Source of the DNA: Leptospirales bacterium
GTDB taxonomy: Bacteria > Spirochaetota > Leptospiria > Turneriellales > JAOUFE01
NCBI GenBank assembly: GCA_040326155.1
Contig: JBEQLE010000033.1
Location: 1 to 43,151, forward strand
Direction of reading: 5' to 3'
DNA length: 43,151 bases
Shown: piece by piece, positions 19,354 through 27,861 of the stretch
Layout: each line of letters starts with the position of its first letter
Numbering within the stretch: the first letter of the stretch is position 1
Program-made: the position numbers and the translations under genes
The notes under the pieces: model-generated
Told to the model about the DNA's origin: nothing
The model's database searches: none
Seen by the model: the letters and a program-made list of their open reading frames with translations, nothing else

Positions 19354-21053
19354 ATGTTCAGGCCTGGACCTTCCTTTTGGTGGCAACCTCGTTTGCGCTT
19401 TATATTGGAATCGCCATCTGGTCTCGGGCGCGTACAACGGGTGACTTTTATATAGCAGGTGGTAACGTATCTCCTCTTTTTAACGGGATGGCAACAGCCG
19501 CCGATTGGATGAGCGCAGCTTCCTTTATTTCGATGGCTGGTTTAATCTCGTTTATGGGGCGCGACGGTTCCATCTATTTAATGGGATGGACCGGGGGTTA
19601 TGTACTTCTAGCGCTTTTACTGGCTCCGTACCTACGTAAATTTGGTAAATACACAGTCCCCGATTTTATAGGCGACAGATATTACTCCCAAAGCGCTCGT
19701 GTTGTGGCGGTGGTCTGCGCAATTTTCATCTCGTTTACATACGTTGCCGGACAGATGCGCGGTGTGGGAATTGTCTTTTCACGATTTCTCGACGTCGATA
19801 TTGACGCGGGGGTCTTAATCGGCATGGCAATTGTCCTTTTTTACGCAGTTCTCGGTGGGATGAAAGGTATCACCTACACTCAGGTGGCCCAATACTGTCT
19901 TCTTATATTTGCCTATATGGTTCCCGCCATTTTTATTTCCATTCACATGACCGGCAATCCGATACCACAACTTGGATTCGGAAGTGAAATTATCGGGGGC
20001 TCGGAGTACCTGCTCGACAAACTAAACGGTCTACACGAACAACTTGGTTTTGCGACTTACACCAGTGGGACAAAAAGTACCCTTGATGTCTTTTTTATTA
20101 CGGCGGCTCTGATGGTCGGTACAGCCGGTCTCCCCCATGTAATCGTCCGTTTCTACACCGTAAAAAAAGTTTCGGCAGCGCGAGTTTCTGCGGGGTGGGC
20201 TCTGGTTTTTATCGCCATCTTATACACAACAGCGCCAGCCGTAGCAGCGTTTGCCCGTGCAAATTTATTGACCACAGTATCCGACACAAAATACACAGAG
20301 GCCCCTGCATGGTTTCAAAAATGGGAGAATACAGGTCTAATCAAATTTGAAGATAAAAACAACGACGGTAAAATTCAATACACCGGTTCGGCCTCGCAAA
20401 CCCCCAACGAACTGACCATCGACCGCGACATTATGGTATTGGCAAACCCTGAAATTGCTAAACTACCCAACTGGGTCATCGCGCTTGTCGCCGCAGGAGG
20501 GTTAGCCGCCGCCCTATCAACCGCCGCAGGTCTCCTACTCGTCATTTCCACCGCCATCGCGCACGATCTTTTAAAACGCAGTTTCAAACACGACATCACC
20601 GAAAAACAAGAGCTGCGTTACGCCCGCCTGGCCGCAGGTGTCGCCGTCTGCATCGCGGGATACTTTGGTATAAACCCGCCCGGTTTCGTGGCCCAGGTCG
20701 TAGCCTTCGCCTTTGGTCTCGCCGCCGCTTCATTTTTTCCCGCCATCGTCATGGGCATATTCTCACGACGCATGAACAAAGAAGGAGCCATCGCAGGTAT
20801 GGTCACAGGCATCACCTTCACCGCCGCCTATATAATCTACTTTAAATTCATCAGCCCCGAATTAAACACCACCGAGCACTGGTGGTTCGGTATTTCCCCC
20901 GAAGGTATCGGTACACTCGGTATGCTTTTGAACTTCACCGTATCGATATTGGTATCAAGCCGCACAAAAAAGCCACCACCAAATGTCCGCGAAATGGTCG
21001 AACAAATACGAATCCCCCGAGCAGCCGGTAAATCTCACGAACTCGAAGTTTAA
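19350..21053 (+). CDS. Sodium:solute symporter (ActP-like)
   Basis: NGMATAADWMSAASF, GTAGLPHVIVRFYT, AALSTAAGLLL. Confidence 0.95.
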   Translation: MNVQAWTFLLVATSFALYIGIAIWSRARTTGDFYIAGGNVSPLFNGMATAADWMSAASFISMAGLISFMGRDGSIYLMGWTGGYVLLALLLAPYLRKFGKYTVPDFIGDRYYSQSARVVAVVCAIFISFTYVAGQMRGVGIVFSRFLDVDIDAGVLIGMAIVLFYAVLGGMKGITYTQVAQYCLLIFAYMVPAIFISIHMTGNPIPQLGFGSEIIGGSEYLLDKLNGLHEQLGFATYTSGTKSTLDVFFITAALMVGTAGLPHVIVRFYTVKKVSAARVSAGWALVFIAILYTTAPAVAAFARANLLTTVSDTKYTEAPAWFQKWENTGLIKFEDKNNDGKIQYTGSASQTPNELTIDRDIMVLANPEIAKLPNWVIALVAAGGLAAALSTAAGLLLVISTAIAHDLLKRSFKHDITEKQELRYARLAAGVAVCIAGYFGINPPGFVAQVVAFAFGLAAASFFPAIVMGIFSRRMNKEGAIAGMVTGITFTAAYIIYFKFISPELNTTEHWWFGISPEGIGTLGMLLNFTVSILVSSRTKKPPPNVREMVEQIRIPRAAGKSHELEV

Positions 21054-21054
21054 A

Positions 21055-21325
21055 GGGGGCCAAGTCTGCCCCCTAGACCGCACACGGTTGCGGTCTACCC
21101 CCCACGTTTTTTTCAAAACTTGTTAACTTCGTTTTCGAATTTTTCTTTATACAATATTTATATCTTATGCCCGGCTGACCGCCGGGGAGTGTCACTTTTC
21201 TTTTCCGCAAAAGAAAAGTAACCAAAAGAAAACGTCCCATCCCGCCACCGTCCTGGCGGGGGGATGGGAGATATTGAGCCTCCCGGTATTGGTTCACTTA
21301 TGGAAGATTTCTGGCTTCGCGTTTT
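21055..21325. repeat. Modular palindromic element, copy A
   Basis: Homologous to 25752-26013 and 39787-40047; core GTCACTTTTCTTTT-loop-AAAAGAAAAGTAACCAAAAGAAAA. Confidence 0.93.
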
Positions 21326-21376
21326 TTAGAACCTTCCGGTATTGGTTCTGGTGGGTGGTTTATTTTGGGGCTTCGC

Positions 21377-21505
21377 GTTATATAGAAAATTCACCTGATG
21401 GAATCGCCGAGAGGAAATACCATTCAAACGCGACCTATCGGGGCGAAGTTAAAATCGAAGCGTGTGTTGAATGGGTTGCATCATATTTATTATTGGTCGG
21501 GAAAT
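21377..21505 (+). pseudogene. C-terminal relic of an rve/integrase-core transposase
   Basis: KLKSKRVLNGLHHIYYW resembles the LGGLHHxY tail of this family. Confidence 0.55.
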
Positions 21506-21534
21506 AAATCTGGCCTGCTTGATTTTAAGAAAGT

Positions 21535-21606
21535 CGCCCTCCTTGCCGGGGAAATTGGAATCATCGAGCCTCCAGGTATTGGTTCATCTATGGAAGGTTT
21601 ATGGCT
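21535..21606. repeat. Partial 3' copy of the modular element
   Basis: GAGCCTCCAGGTATTGGTTCATCTATGGAAGGTTTATGGCT matches 21276-21316. Confidence 0.85.
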
Positions 21607-21639
21607 GGTTTACTATTATTACAAAGATCAGCTAAAAAA

Positions 21640-22086
21640 ATGAATAAATGGTTATTTGTTGTTCCTTTGCTGTTTGGCCCCATGATAGCTGTCATATCTG
21701 GCCCCTATGTTTCTTTCATTAATGCTTTATTACCTCCACAGAGATCGGTATTGTTAAAAACCAAAGTGGTTAAAAAGTATATAGATAAAATTTTTGTTCA
21801 ATCGACCACATTGAGTCTCCCATATATTGTCATTGATTACAAAGATCCATTTGGTGAAAACTACAAGATACAAGTGCAAAAGGATGAATTCAACAAAATT
21901 TCCATTGGAGATACAATTGAGAAAAATTACTACATTGGAGGCCTTGGGTATATTTATTATTATAAAAAGCAAAGAGATACAGAAAAAATGCAAAATTATC
22001 AACAGATGTATAAAACTCAAAAAGAGATTCAAGAACTTCAGCAACGTAAATATTTTTTCAAGCAACCGTTTAAGGGTGATAATTAA
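21640..22086 (+). CDS. Hypothetical membrane protein (possibly 5'-truncated)
   Basis: ORF with N-terminal hydrophobic segment; alternative ATG at 21601 lies inside the repeat. Confidence 0.65.
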   Translation: MNKWLFVVPLLFGPMIAVISGPYVSFINALLPPQRSVLLKTKVVKKYIDKIFVQSTTLSLPYIVIDYKDPFGENYKIQVQKDEFNKISIGDTIEKNYYIGGLGYIYYYKKQRDTEKMQNYQQMYKTQKEIQELQQRKYFFKQPFKGDN

Positions 22087-22262
22087 AAATAGGGGAAAAT
22101 TATTTATGTTTGGCAATCTGGATAAAGCGATTGAAAAAATTTGATCCAACAATCATATATTTCAATGACACTGACAGGATTAAAAACAATCTTCTTATTA
22201 AGGACAACTCTATAATTCCTAATGACCCGAGTTCAAATAAATAAATTTGCTATTATTGCATT

Positions 22263-22290
22263 ACTTCGCATAAGAATAGTTATCGAAAAT
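22263..22290 (+). other. Collapsed attC-like relic
   Basis: ACTTCGCATAAG-AATA-GTTATCGAAAAT resembles both ends of the attC family (42078-42088, 40093-40104) with the interior lost. Confidence 0.5.
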
Positions 22291-22390
22291 AATTGTGTAC
22301 ATAAGTCAGCGCACCCGTCCATGGGCGCTACAGAAAAAGAAAGAATTGTAATGATTGACAACACTACTGTCTATCTACATTTACATTTTC

Positions 22391-22747
22391 ATGAACCAGC
22401 ACGAGAAAATAAATTATATCGAACTGCCCTGTAGAGATTTCGACGCTACAAAATCATTTTTCGAACAGGTATTCAATTGGCAGTTCAAAGACTATGGGCC
22501 TGAGTATATTGCATTTTCAAATGCGGGAATTGAAGGTGGATTTTATAAATCTAAATTAAAGGTGTCTACGAATTCGGGGAGTGCATTGATTGTGTTTTTC
22601 AGCACTGACCTGGACAGTACATTGTCTAAACTAATGGAAGCTGGTGGTTCTTTAATTAAACCTATCTTTGATTTTCCTGGTGGACGAAGGTTTCACTTTG
22701 CCGATCCAAGCGGTAATGAATATGCAGTTTGGTCCGATCAATCATAG
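22391..22747 (+). CDS. VOC/glyoxalase family protein
   Basis: HEKINYIELP...FPGGRRFHFADPSGNEYAVWS. Confidence 0.93.
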   Translation: MNQHEKINYIELPCRDFDATKSFFEQVFNWQFKDYGPEYIAFSNAGIEGGFYKSKLKVSTNSGSALIVFFSTDLDSTLSKLMEAGGSLIKPIFDFPGGRRFHFADPSGNEYAVWSDQS

Positions 22748-22772
22748 ATCATAATGTCATGTTGGGATTATA

Positions 22773-23339
22773 ATGATGAATTTATTCGATGACCCAGAAA
22801 AAGTAATTGAATATATCAAAATGAGTAAGGGCTATAATGGTCGCAGCTTAATAGAAAAGTTGAGGGAGTATTTGCCTCATGGTTCCTCCTTGTTAGAAAT
22901 CGGAATGGGCCCAGGCAAGGATCTTGATATATTAAGTGAGGTTTACCATGCGACAGGGTCGGACAGATCTAAGTTATTTGTGAATCGCTATAATGCTATG
23001 CACCCAAACTCTGAAGCTGTTTTGTTAAATGCAGTCGATTTAAACATTGATAGAACCTTTCAAGGGATTTACTCCAACAAAGTACTTATTCATTTGAATA
23101 AAAACGAATTGGAGCAGTCATTTCAAAGCCAGTTAAATATTTTAGAGACAGGGGGCATTGCTTTTCATTCATTTTGGCGAGGAGATAAAGAAGAGTCTTT
23201 TGACGGTCTAAGGTTCGTGTATTACACAATCGAAACGATTTCTCCTTTGATCCCGCCTAAATTAAAATTGATTTATCATTATAACTACAAAGAGGATAGT
23301 GATAATGATTCTTTCGCTATTATTCTCAAGAAGATTTAG
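22773..23339 (+). CDS. Class I SAM-dependent methyltransferase
   Basis: LLEIGMGPGKD motif I; IYSNKVLIHL. Confidence 0.9.
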   Translation: MMNLFDDPEKVIEYIKMSKGYNGRSLIEKLREYLPHGSSLLEIGMGPGKDLDILSEVYHATGSDRSKLFVNRYNAMHPNSEAVLLNAVDLNIDRTFQGIYSNKVLIHLNKNELEQSFQSQLNILETGGIAFHSFWRGDKEESFDGLRFVYYTIETISPLIPPKLKLIYHYNYKEDSDNDSFAIILKKI

Positions 23340-23424
23340 TTTTAACAAATTTGACCTCCATGTCAAATTTGCGTTTGATTATACAGACAATTACATCAGA
23401 AAAAATTAAAACGTTATGTGTAAT
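23340..23424 (+). other. Degenerate attC-like site
   Basis: Directly after a stop: TTTTAACAAATTTGACCT ... ACATCAGAAAAAATTAAAACGTTATGT, matching both arms of 42082-42349. Confidence 0.65.
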
Positions 23425-23428
23425 ATAC

Positions 23429-23561
23429 TTGATGGTAGAAGAACAGAACCTGAGGATTGGAGCTCTGCCCTGGGGAGTGGTTAAGGGTATCCTCACGCGA
23501 GGTCAGTCTAGAAAGCGGTGTAGTTGGAAGGATCAAGAATATCGCTGAAGACAAAACATAG
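23429..23561 (+). pseudogene. YwbE (DUF2196) family relic
   Basis: Fragments DGRR, GVVKGILT and LESGVVGRIKNI across shifted frames. Confidence 0.65.
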
Positions 23562-23572
23562 GCACATTCAGA

Positions 23573-24575
23573 CTAATCAATAAGTCTCCATTTAAACCCG
23601 GGGCTTTCCCCCATGGTATACCTGAACTCTATTTCACTGGCATTTTCAGGCCTGCCAATGTCTCTCAAAGGCAGGGGCAGCATCTTCTGGTACCTGTACT
23701 GAAACTGCCGGAAAAAAGGAGTACCCCGAACCATCTCTAACTACTTTCTTCCTAAGTTCACAAGCGCTCTCAGCAGTGAAATCGAGAAGCCTACCAAGGG
23801 CTATTCTCCTCCTGTTGTTACCTGGCTCTTTCAAGTCAGCTTCCGGTATCTCCGAGTTGGCAGGGTAGAGCGTTATTTCTCTACTATTATCTGCTAGACA
23901 GGCATCGATCACTACCCTTTGAGGAATAAATATACCTCCATGACAGAGTTGCCCTGCCAGGTTTAAGGTGATTTCGACCTGCGGCTCCACTTCGAATGCC
24001 CGCAGCATTGTTTCAGTAACGATAATGTTGAATTGCTTTCCTTCAGAATGACGATAAGTCGTTGCGTCGCTGGGAACATAATCGGATACATAATTATTAT
24101 TAGAAAAAAGATCTATTAGGCGCTTTGCCGACTCGAGGGCAGTTTCGTTAATCTCGAGCAGTGTGAACTTTACCTCTTCAGGAGAAAACCTATCCATAAG
24201 CGGCAGAACAAGAGTGGCATACGGTCCGCACCCGGCATAGAGCACTTCGACAGGGCCGCCCCCTTTCCTCTCTATTGAATCAGCTATGGCATCATGCAAT
24301 CCCCTCAGGTATTTTGAAGTCCTGGAATATTCTGTAACACAGCGGCCCGCTGCCCAACTGGAAATGGCCTTACCGCTTTTAAGCATAATATCTTCCTGTT
24401 CTTCCCTTTGGTCCAGTTCACCGCTTCCGACTCCGCTTACATCGATGAATAATTGGTGCATTTCATTGCATGCATCCAGAAGTTCTCCAGGGTGTGTTGT
24501 CTGGTCGAGAATCGTTTCGCTTGTTTTCCGGAGCTTACTACGGGCTATTTCAATTTCGCTGTTTGAATGTTCCAT
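23573..24575 (-). pseudogene. SAM-dependent methyltransferase (PRMT5-like), frameshifted near C-terminus
   Basis: VLYAGCGPYATL, IIVTETML..EPQV; tail ...IEFRYTMGESPGFKWRLID* continues in another frame to 23573. Confidence 0.7.
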
Positions 24576-24788
24576 AAGATTTTTAAAAAGTATATTCAAA
24601 AGCAAGCCTATTGTCCAGCTAAATTAAATGATTGAAAAATATTGTTGTTTAACTCTTGCCATGATCACAACTGAGATAACACTTTCCAAGCAAGACATCT
24701 ATGAAGATTCCTTCCACACTGATCCTAACAAATTATTAATAAAAACTATTCGTATTTATATGGTTCTGAAAAGATGTTAATTCTTGAC

Positions 24789-24836
24789 GCGATCGGATGA
24801 TTCCGGAATGGGTGGTAGAATGTACCGGAATATGTA
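24789..24836. mobile_element. Isolated IS21-like terminal sequence
   Basis: TCCGGAATGGGTGGTAGAATGTACCGGAATATGTA, repeated CCGGAAT units as in IS21-family ends; no istA/istB present. Confidence 0.45.
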
Positions 24837-24913
24837 ATTGACCATTTTTGATTAAATAACTTACGCCAATATATTCTTAACAGTCCAATCTTCGAATAGT
24901 GTGTAAAAACGAA

Positions 24914-25690
24914 ATGAAAATAAATTACTTCTTATTAATTCTTATTATAATCTCTGTAAATATATTTGCAGGCAATCGATCCATTGAGGAAAAAATGGAA
25001 TATGTTGCGAAAGGACCAGAAAAGTGCGTTAAGGGCGATTTTGTCAGACGCAGAAAACAACCGAATGTAAAATCAACAATCCTTGCAAATCATTTTTGGG
25101 GTGATGCTTTTCCCACTGTCACGCAAATTGGAAATAAAATTACAATTGGCAAGCAAACTAATTATTGGTATCAAGTAAGTTTTGATGATGGTTTGATGGA
25201 ACCGAACCCGGTTATCAATGGCGGTTTTATTTTTGGCGCCTTTTTAGATGATTGCGATAAAATGAACAAATTGCTTTTCAAAAAAATATATAACAGCTCA
25301 ACTTTGGAAGAAAAATTAACTTATCGGCGACTTTACGTAGGTGAGCGTTTATTGCCAAATGGGAAATCGACACGAACAATAGGTCAAAATGTAGGATGTT
25401 GTGGGAATGACCTGATTATAACTAGCTGGTTTACCTGGAAACGTGTTAAAAAAGGTATCGAATTTAATATTTTTTATGAAGAAAGTAATGATTATGCTGG
25501 CACCCATATAAAATATAAAACATCATGTGTTATAACTGACGTTGCAGTTTCTATTATAAAAGAAAGAGAAACTAAGTTTACACCCTATTACTTAGAATAT
25601 ATTGAATTACTATTTCATACTACAGGCAAATCGAAACATTGTAGCCTCAAACCATTCCATTTTCATAAAACATCAAAGACCATGAAATAG
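24914..25690 (+). CDS. Secreted SH3-like domain protein
   Basis: Signal peptide; VRRRKQPNVKS...WYQV...GGFIFGAFL bacterial SH3 pattern. Confidence 0.75.
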   Translation: MKINYFLLILIIISVNIFAGNRSIEEKMEYVAKGPEKCVKGDFVRRRKQPNVKSTILANHFWGDAFPTVTQIGNKITIGKQTNYWYQVSFDDGLMEPNPVINGGFIFGAFLDDCDKMNKLLFKKIYNSSTLEEKLTYRRLYVGERLLPNGKSTRTIGQNVGCCGNDLIITSWFTWKRVKKGIEFNIFYEESNDYAGTHIKYKTSCVITDVAVSIIKERETKFTPYYLEYIELLFHTTGKSKHCSLKPFHFHKTSKTMK

Positions 25691-25751
25691 AATAATAATT
25701 TATTTGGGCTCTTCAAAACCATCATCTTCGCCTAACAGACTCCATGTTTTA

Positions 25752-26013
25752 GTTGCAAACAGTGGTTGCGACAGTGATCAACCCCCCACATTTTTTTTCA
25801 AAACTTGTAAACTTCGTTTTCGAATTTTGTTATACAATATTTATATTTACTTTTCCGGCGACCGCCGGGGAAGTGTCACTTTTCTTTTTCCACAAAAAGA
25901 AAAGTAACCAAAAGAAAAACGTCCAATCCCGCCACCCTCCATGGTGGGGGGATTGGAAATATTGGGCATCCAGGTATTTGTTCTCTAACAGGAGGTATCT
26001 GGCTTCGCGGTTT
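25752..26013. repeat. Modular palindromic element, copy B
   Basis: Colinear with copy A, including the AT-rich spacer and three hairpins. Confidence 0.92.
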
Positions 26014-26068
26014 AGCAGAGGGGTGTGGGGGGGCTGCGCGGTTTGGTACTTGTTTGTCTTGTGACATT

Positions 26069-26194
26069 TCGTTTGATCGAGATGTAAAAACTATAGGCAA
26101 GCATATAGCAACTGTTTTAAAAGAAGAACTTAAAGGATTTTCAGTTGTCGCAAATTTTGCGACAACTGCTGCTGATGGTCTGAGTTCCAATTAG
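26069..26194 (+). pseudogene. RhuM-like virulence/DNA-binding protein relic, 5' piece
   Basis: FDRDVKTIGKHIATVLKEELKGFSVVANFATTAADG. Confidence 0.85.
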
Positions 26195-26203
26195 AATATT
26201 TTC

Positions 26204-26232
26204 TTGACAAGTTGACAACTTGTTGTTACGTT
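26204..26232 (+). promoter_or_regulatory. TA promoter with operator palindrome, probably leaderless
   Basis: TTGACA-17 bp-TACGTT; ACAAGTTG-A-CAACTTGT at 26207-26223; ATG 7 bp after the -10. Confidence 0.65.
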
Positions 26233-26238
26233 CAATGC

Positions 26239-26484
26239 ATGAAGGTTTTACAAGTAGGGGAACTAAAGGCCAATTTTTCGAAAATTATCGATGAGGTAAA
26301 ACATGGAGAAGAAGTAACAATTTCTTATGGCAGGAGACATGAAAAAGTTGCCGTAATTATACCCTACTCAAAATACCAAAACAAACCTGAAAGAACGCTT
26401 GGTATACTAAAAAATAAGGCATCGTGCAAAATATCAGATAGTTTCAAAATCGGTGATGACGAACTTCTTACCTCATTCTCATAA
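26239..26484 (+). CDS. Phd/YefM family antitoxin
   Basis: MKVLQVGELKANFSKIIDEVKHGEEVTISYGR...VAVIIP...RTLGILK. Confidence 0.92.
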   Translation: MKVLQVGELKANFSKIIDEVKHGEEVTISYGRRHEKVAVIIPYSKYQNKPERTLGILKNKASCKISDSFKIGDDELLTSFS

Positions 26485-26602
26485 AGATCCTTTTGATAGA
26501 TTGATTATTTGGCAATGCATTCAATCCGGATTTACCCTTTTAACCAAAGATTCTCAAATCGACGAATACAAGAAATACAAATTAAAAACTATTTGGAAGT
26601 AA
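26468..26602 (+). pseudogene. vapC: VapC PIN toxin, C-terminal third only
   Basis: LPHSHKDPFDRLIIWQCIQSGFTLLTKD...TIWK*; N-terminus missing. Confidence 0.9.
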
Positions 26603-26617
26603 AGCTGAATAAACAGT

Positions 26618-26662
26618 GCTGATGGCAAAACATGTCAGGTGAAGAATTTTACAATCTGAATT
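26618..26662 (+). pseudogene. RhuM-like relic, 3' piece
   Basis: ADGKTCQV then (shifted) EFYNL, the expected continuation after FATTAADG. Confidence 0.7.
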
Positions 26663-26765
26663 TTTGTGGAATTCCACGGGGACCGCCGGATTAAGATTTG
26701 ACATTTTGAATAGTTTATTTAGATTTCCGTAATCTATAGTAATCGAGTTTCGTCTAATACACAAT

Positions 26766-26822
26766 TTGATACACAAAAAGAAAATACAAGTGTTTATTGC
26801 TTCCACCGGTGATCTGAACTGA
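26766..26822 (+). pseudogene. DUF4062-like N-terminal fragment
   Basis: KKKIQVFIASTGDLN*; very short. Confidence 0.4.
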
Positions 26823-26906
26823 AAATCACTCTAAAATTTAATTATACTGTTGACAGTTTATACGTCACCTTAATCAATTACTATAAAAATCTAAGAGGAG
26901 AGTATT

Positions 26907-27704
26907 ATGAGAATTAAAATATTACGCATTACAATTTTATCAACGATAGCGATATTTGCATTTTCCTGCGTCAGTATCGTTAAACCGGGTGTAGAAAAGG
27001 TTAAAAAGGTAGCTCTAGTTTCATTTAAGTCTAACAAAGCCATGATCAACCGAAAAGACAGCACCACTATTACTTCGCTTGCAACACTTGGTGAGGGCCA
27101 GAAGAAGGGAGGCAATCCCATTCTTGCAAAGTTACTAAATAATACCAGTTCATTGTTCCTTAAAGAATTTGGAAGAATCGAACAATTTAAAATTATTTCG
27201 GGTTCTTCAGTTACAGGTTCCAATGCTTATAAAAAAATGGTTGCAGAGATGAAAACTATTTGGCGCAGCCTTGATCAGGGTTCAAAAGCTTTCTTTAACC
27301 AACCCCTGAGCGGTTACTCTGTAATCCCTTCAGGATTCGAAATAGGAAGAAACCTCTCAAAAAAGCACAAAGAAGGAAGCAAAAAAATCTTAGTCGAATT
27401 GGCTAAAGCCCTGAAAGTGGACGCAGTAATTCTGGTTGACCTCGACCTTGGTTATGAGCCAAGTGTAGCACTCGGGGGAACCGGAGCAGCGCGCGCTTCT
27501 GTATATATTACCGTATACATGATAAACAAAGACGGAGAAGAAGTGATCGTTGTATATCCCAGCAACAAATACAGTTCCAGTGGGGGAACACTTGGTATGA
27601 TCGGCGGCAATGTTTTATTTACCAAAAAAACAATGCCTGTCTTTGCCAAGGAGGCAAAAATAGCGATTCAAAAAGTTATCGAAGACATTAAAAAAGGGTT
27701 ATAA
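26907..27704 (+). CDS. Hypothetical lipoprotein
   Basis: GAGGAG RBS; lipobox-like AFSC; 265 aa. Confidence 0.85.
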   Translation: MRIKILRITILSTIAIFAFSCVSIVKPGVEKVKKVALVSFKSNKAMINRKDSTTITSLATLGEGQKKGGNPILAKLLNNTSSLFLKEFGRIEQFKIISGSSVTGSNAYKKMVAEMKTIWRSLDQGSKAFFNQPLSGYSVIPSGFEIGRNLSKKHKEGSKKILVELAKALKVDAVILVDLDLGYEPSVALGGTGAARASVYITVYMINKDGEEVIVVYPSNKYSSSGGTLGMIGGNVLFTKKTMPVFAKEAKIAIQKVIEDIKKGL

Positions 27705-27722
27705 AATATTTTAAAACTTCTA

Positions 27723-27749
27723 ACAAGCCGGGATAAATTCCCGGCTTGT
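27723..27749. terminator. Hairpin, likely terminator between convergent genes
   Basis: ACAAGCCGGGA-TAAAT-TCCCGGCTTGT. Confidence 0.65.
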
Positions 27750-27780
27750 ATTCTTCAGTCTCCAGATACGAAAAAATATA

Positions 27781-27841
27781 ATACGTCGGGGTAGCGCAAA
27801 CCGCCGCAAGCGGTTGATGTGAGGGGCAGACTTGCCCCCCC
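27781..27841. repeat. REP-like module 1, inverted, short hairpin variant
   Basis: ATACGTCGGGGTAG-hairpin-AGGGGCAGACTTGCCCCC, same flanks as 8199-8289. Confidence 0.85.
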
Positions 27842-27861
27842 AAAATTAATGAAGTTTGTCT

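Noticed and set aside
21073..21297. ORFs 21073-21297, 25753-26064, 25876-26190, 39654-39896 and 39766-40101 sharing peptide motifs
   Set aside because: Translations of the non-coding repeat family (or the antisense of the rhuM relic), not a protein family.
23583..23610. IS3-family terminal inverted repeat (GTCTCC...CCCGGGGCTTTCC)
   Set aside because: Better explained as the minus-strand coding tail GESPGFKWRL of the frameshifted methyltransferase; no partner end or transposase.
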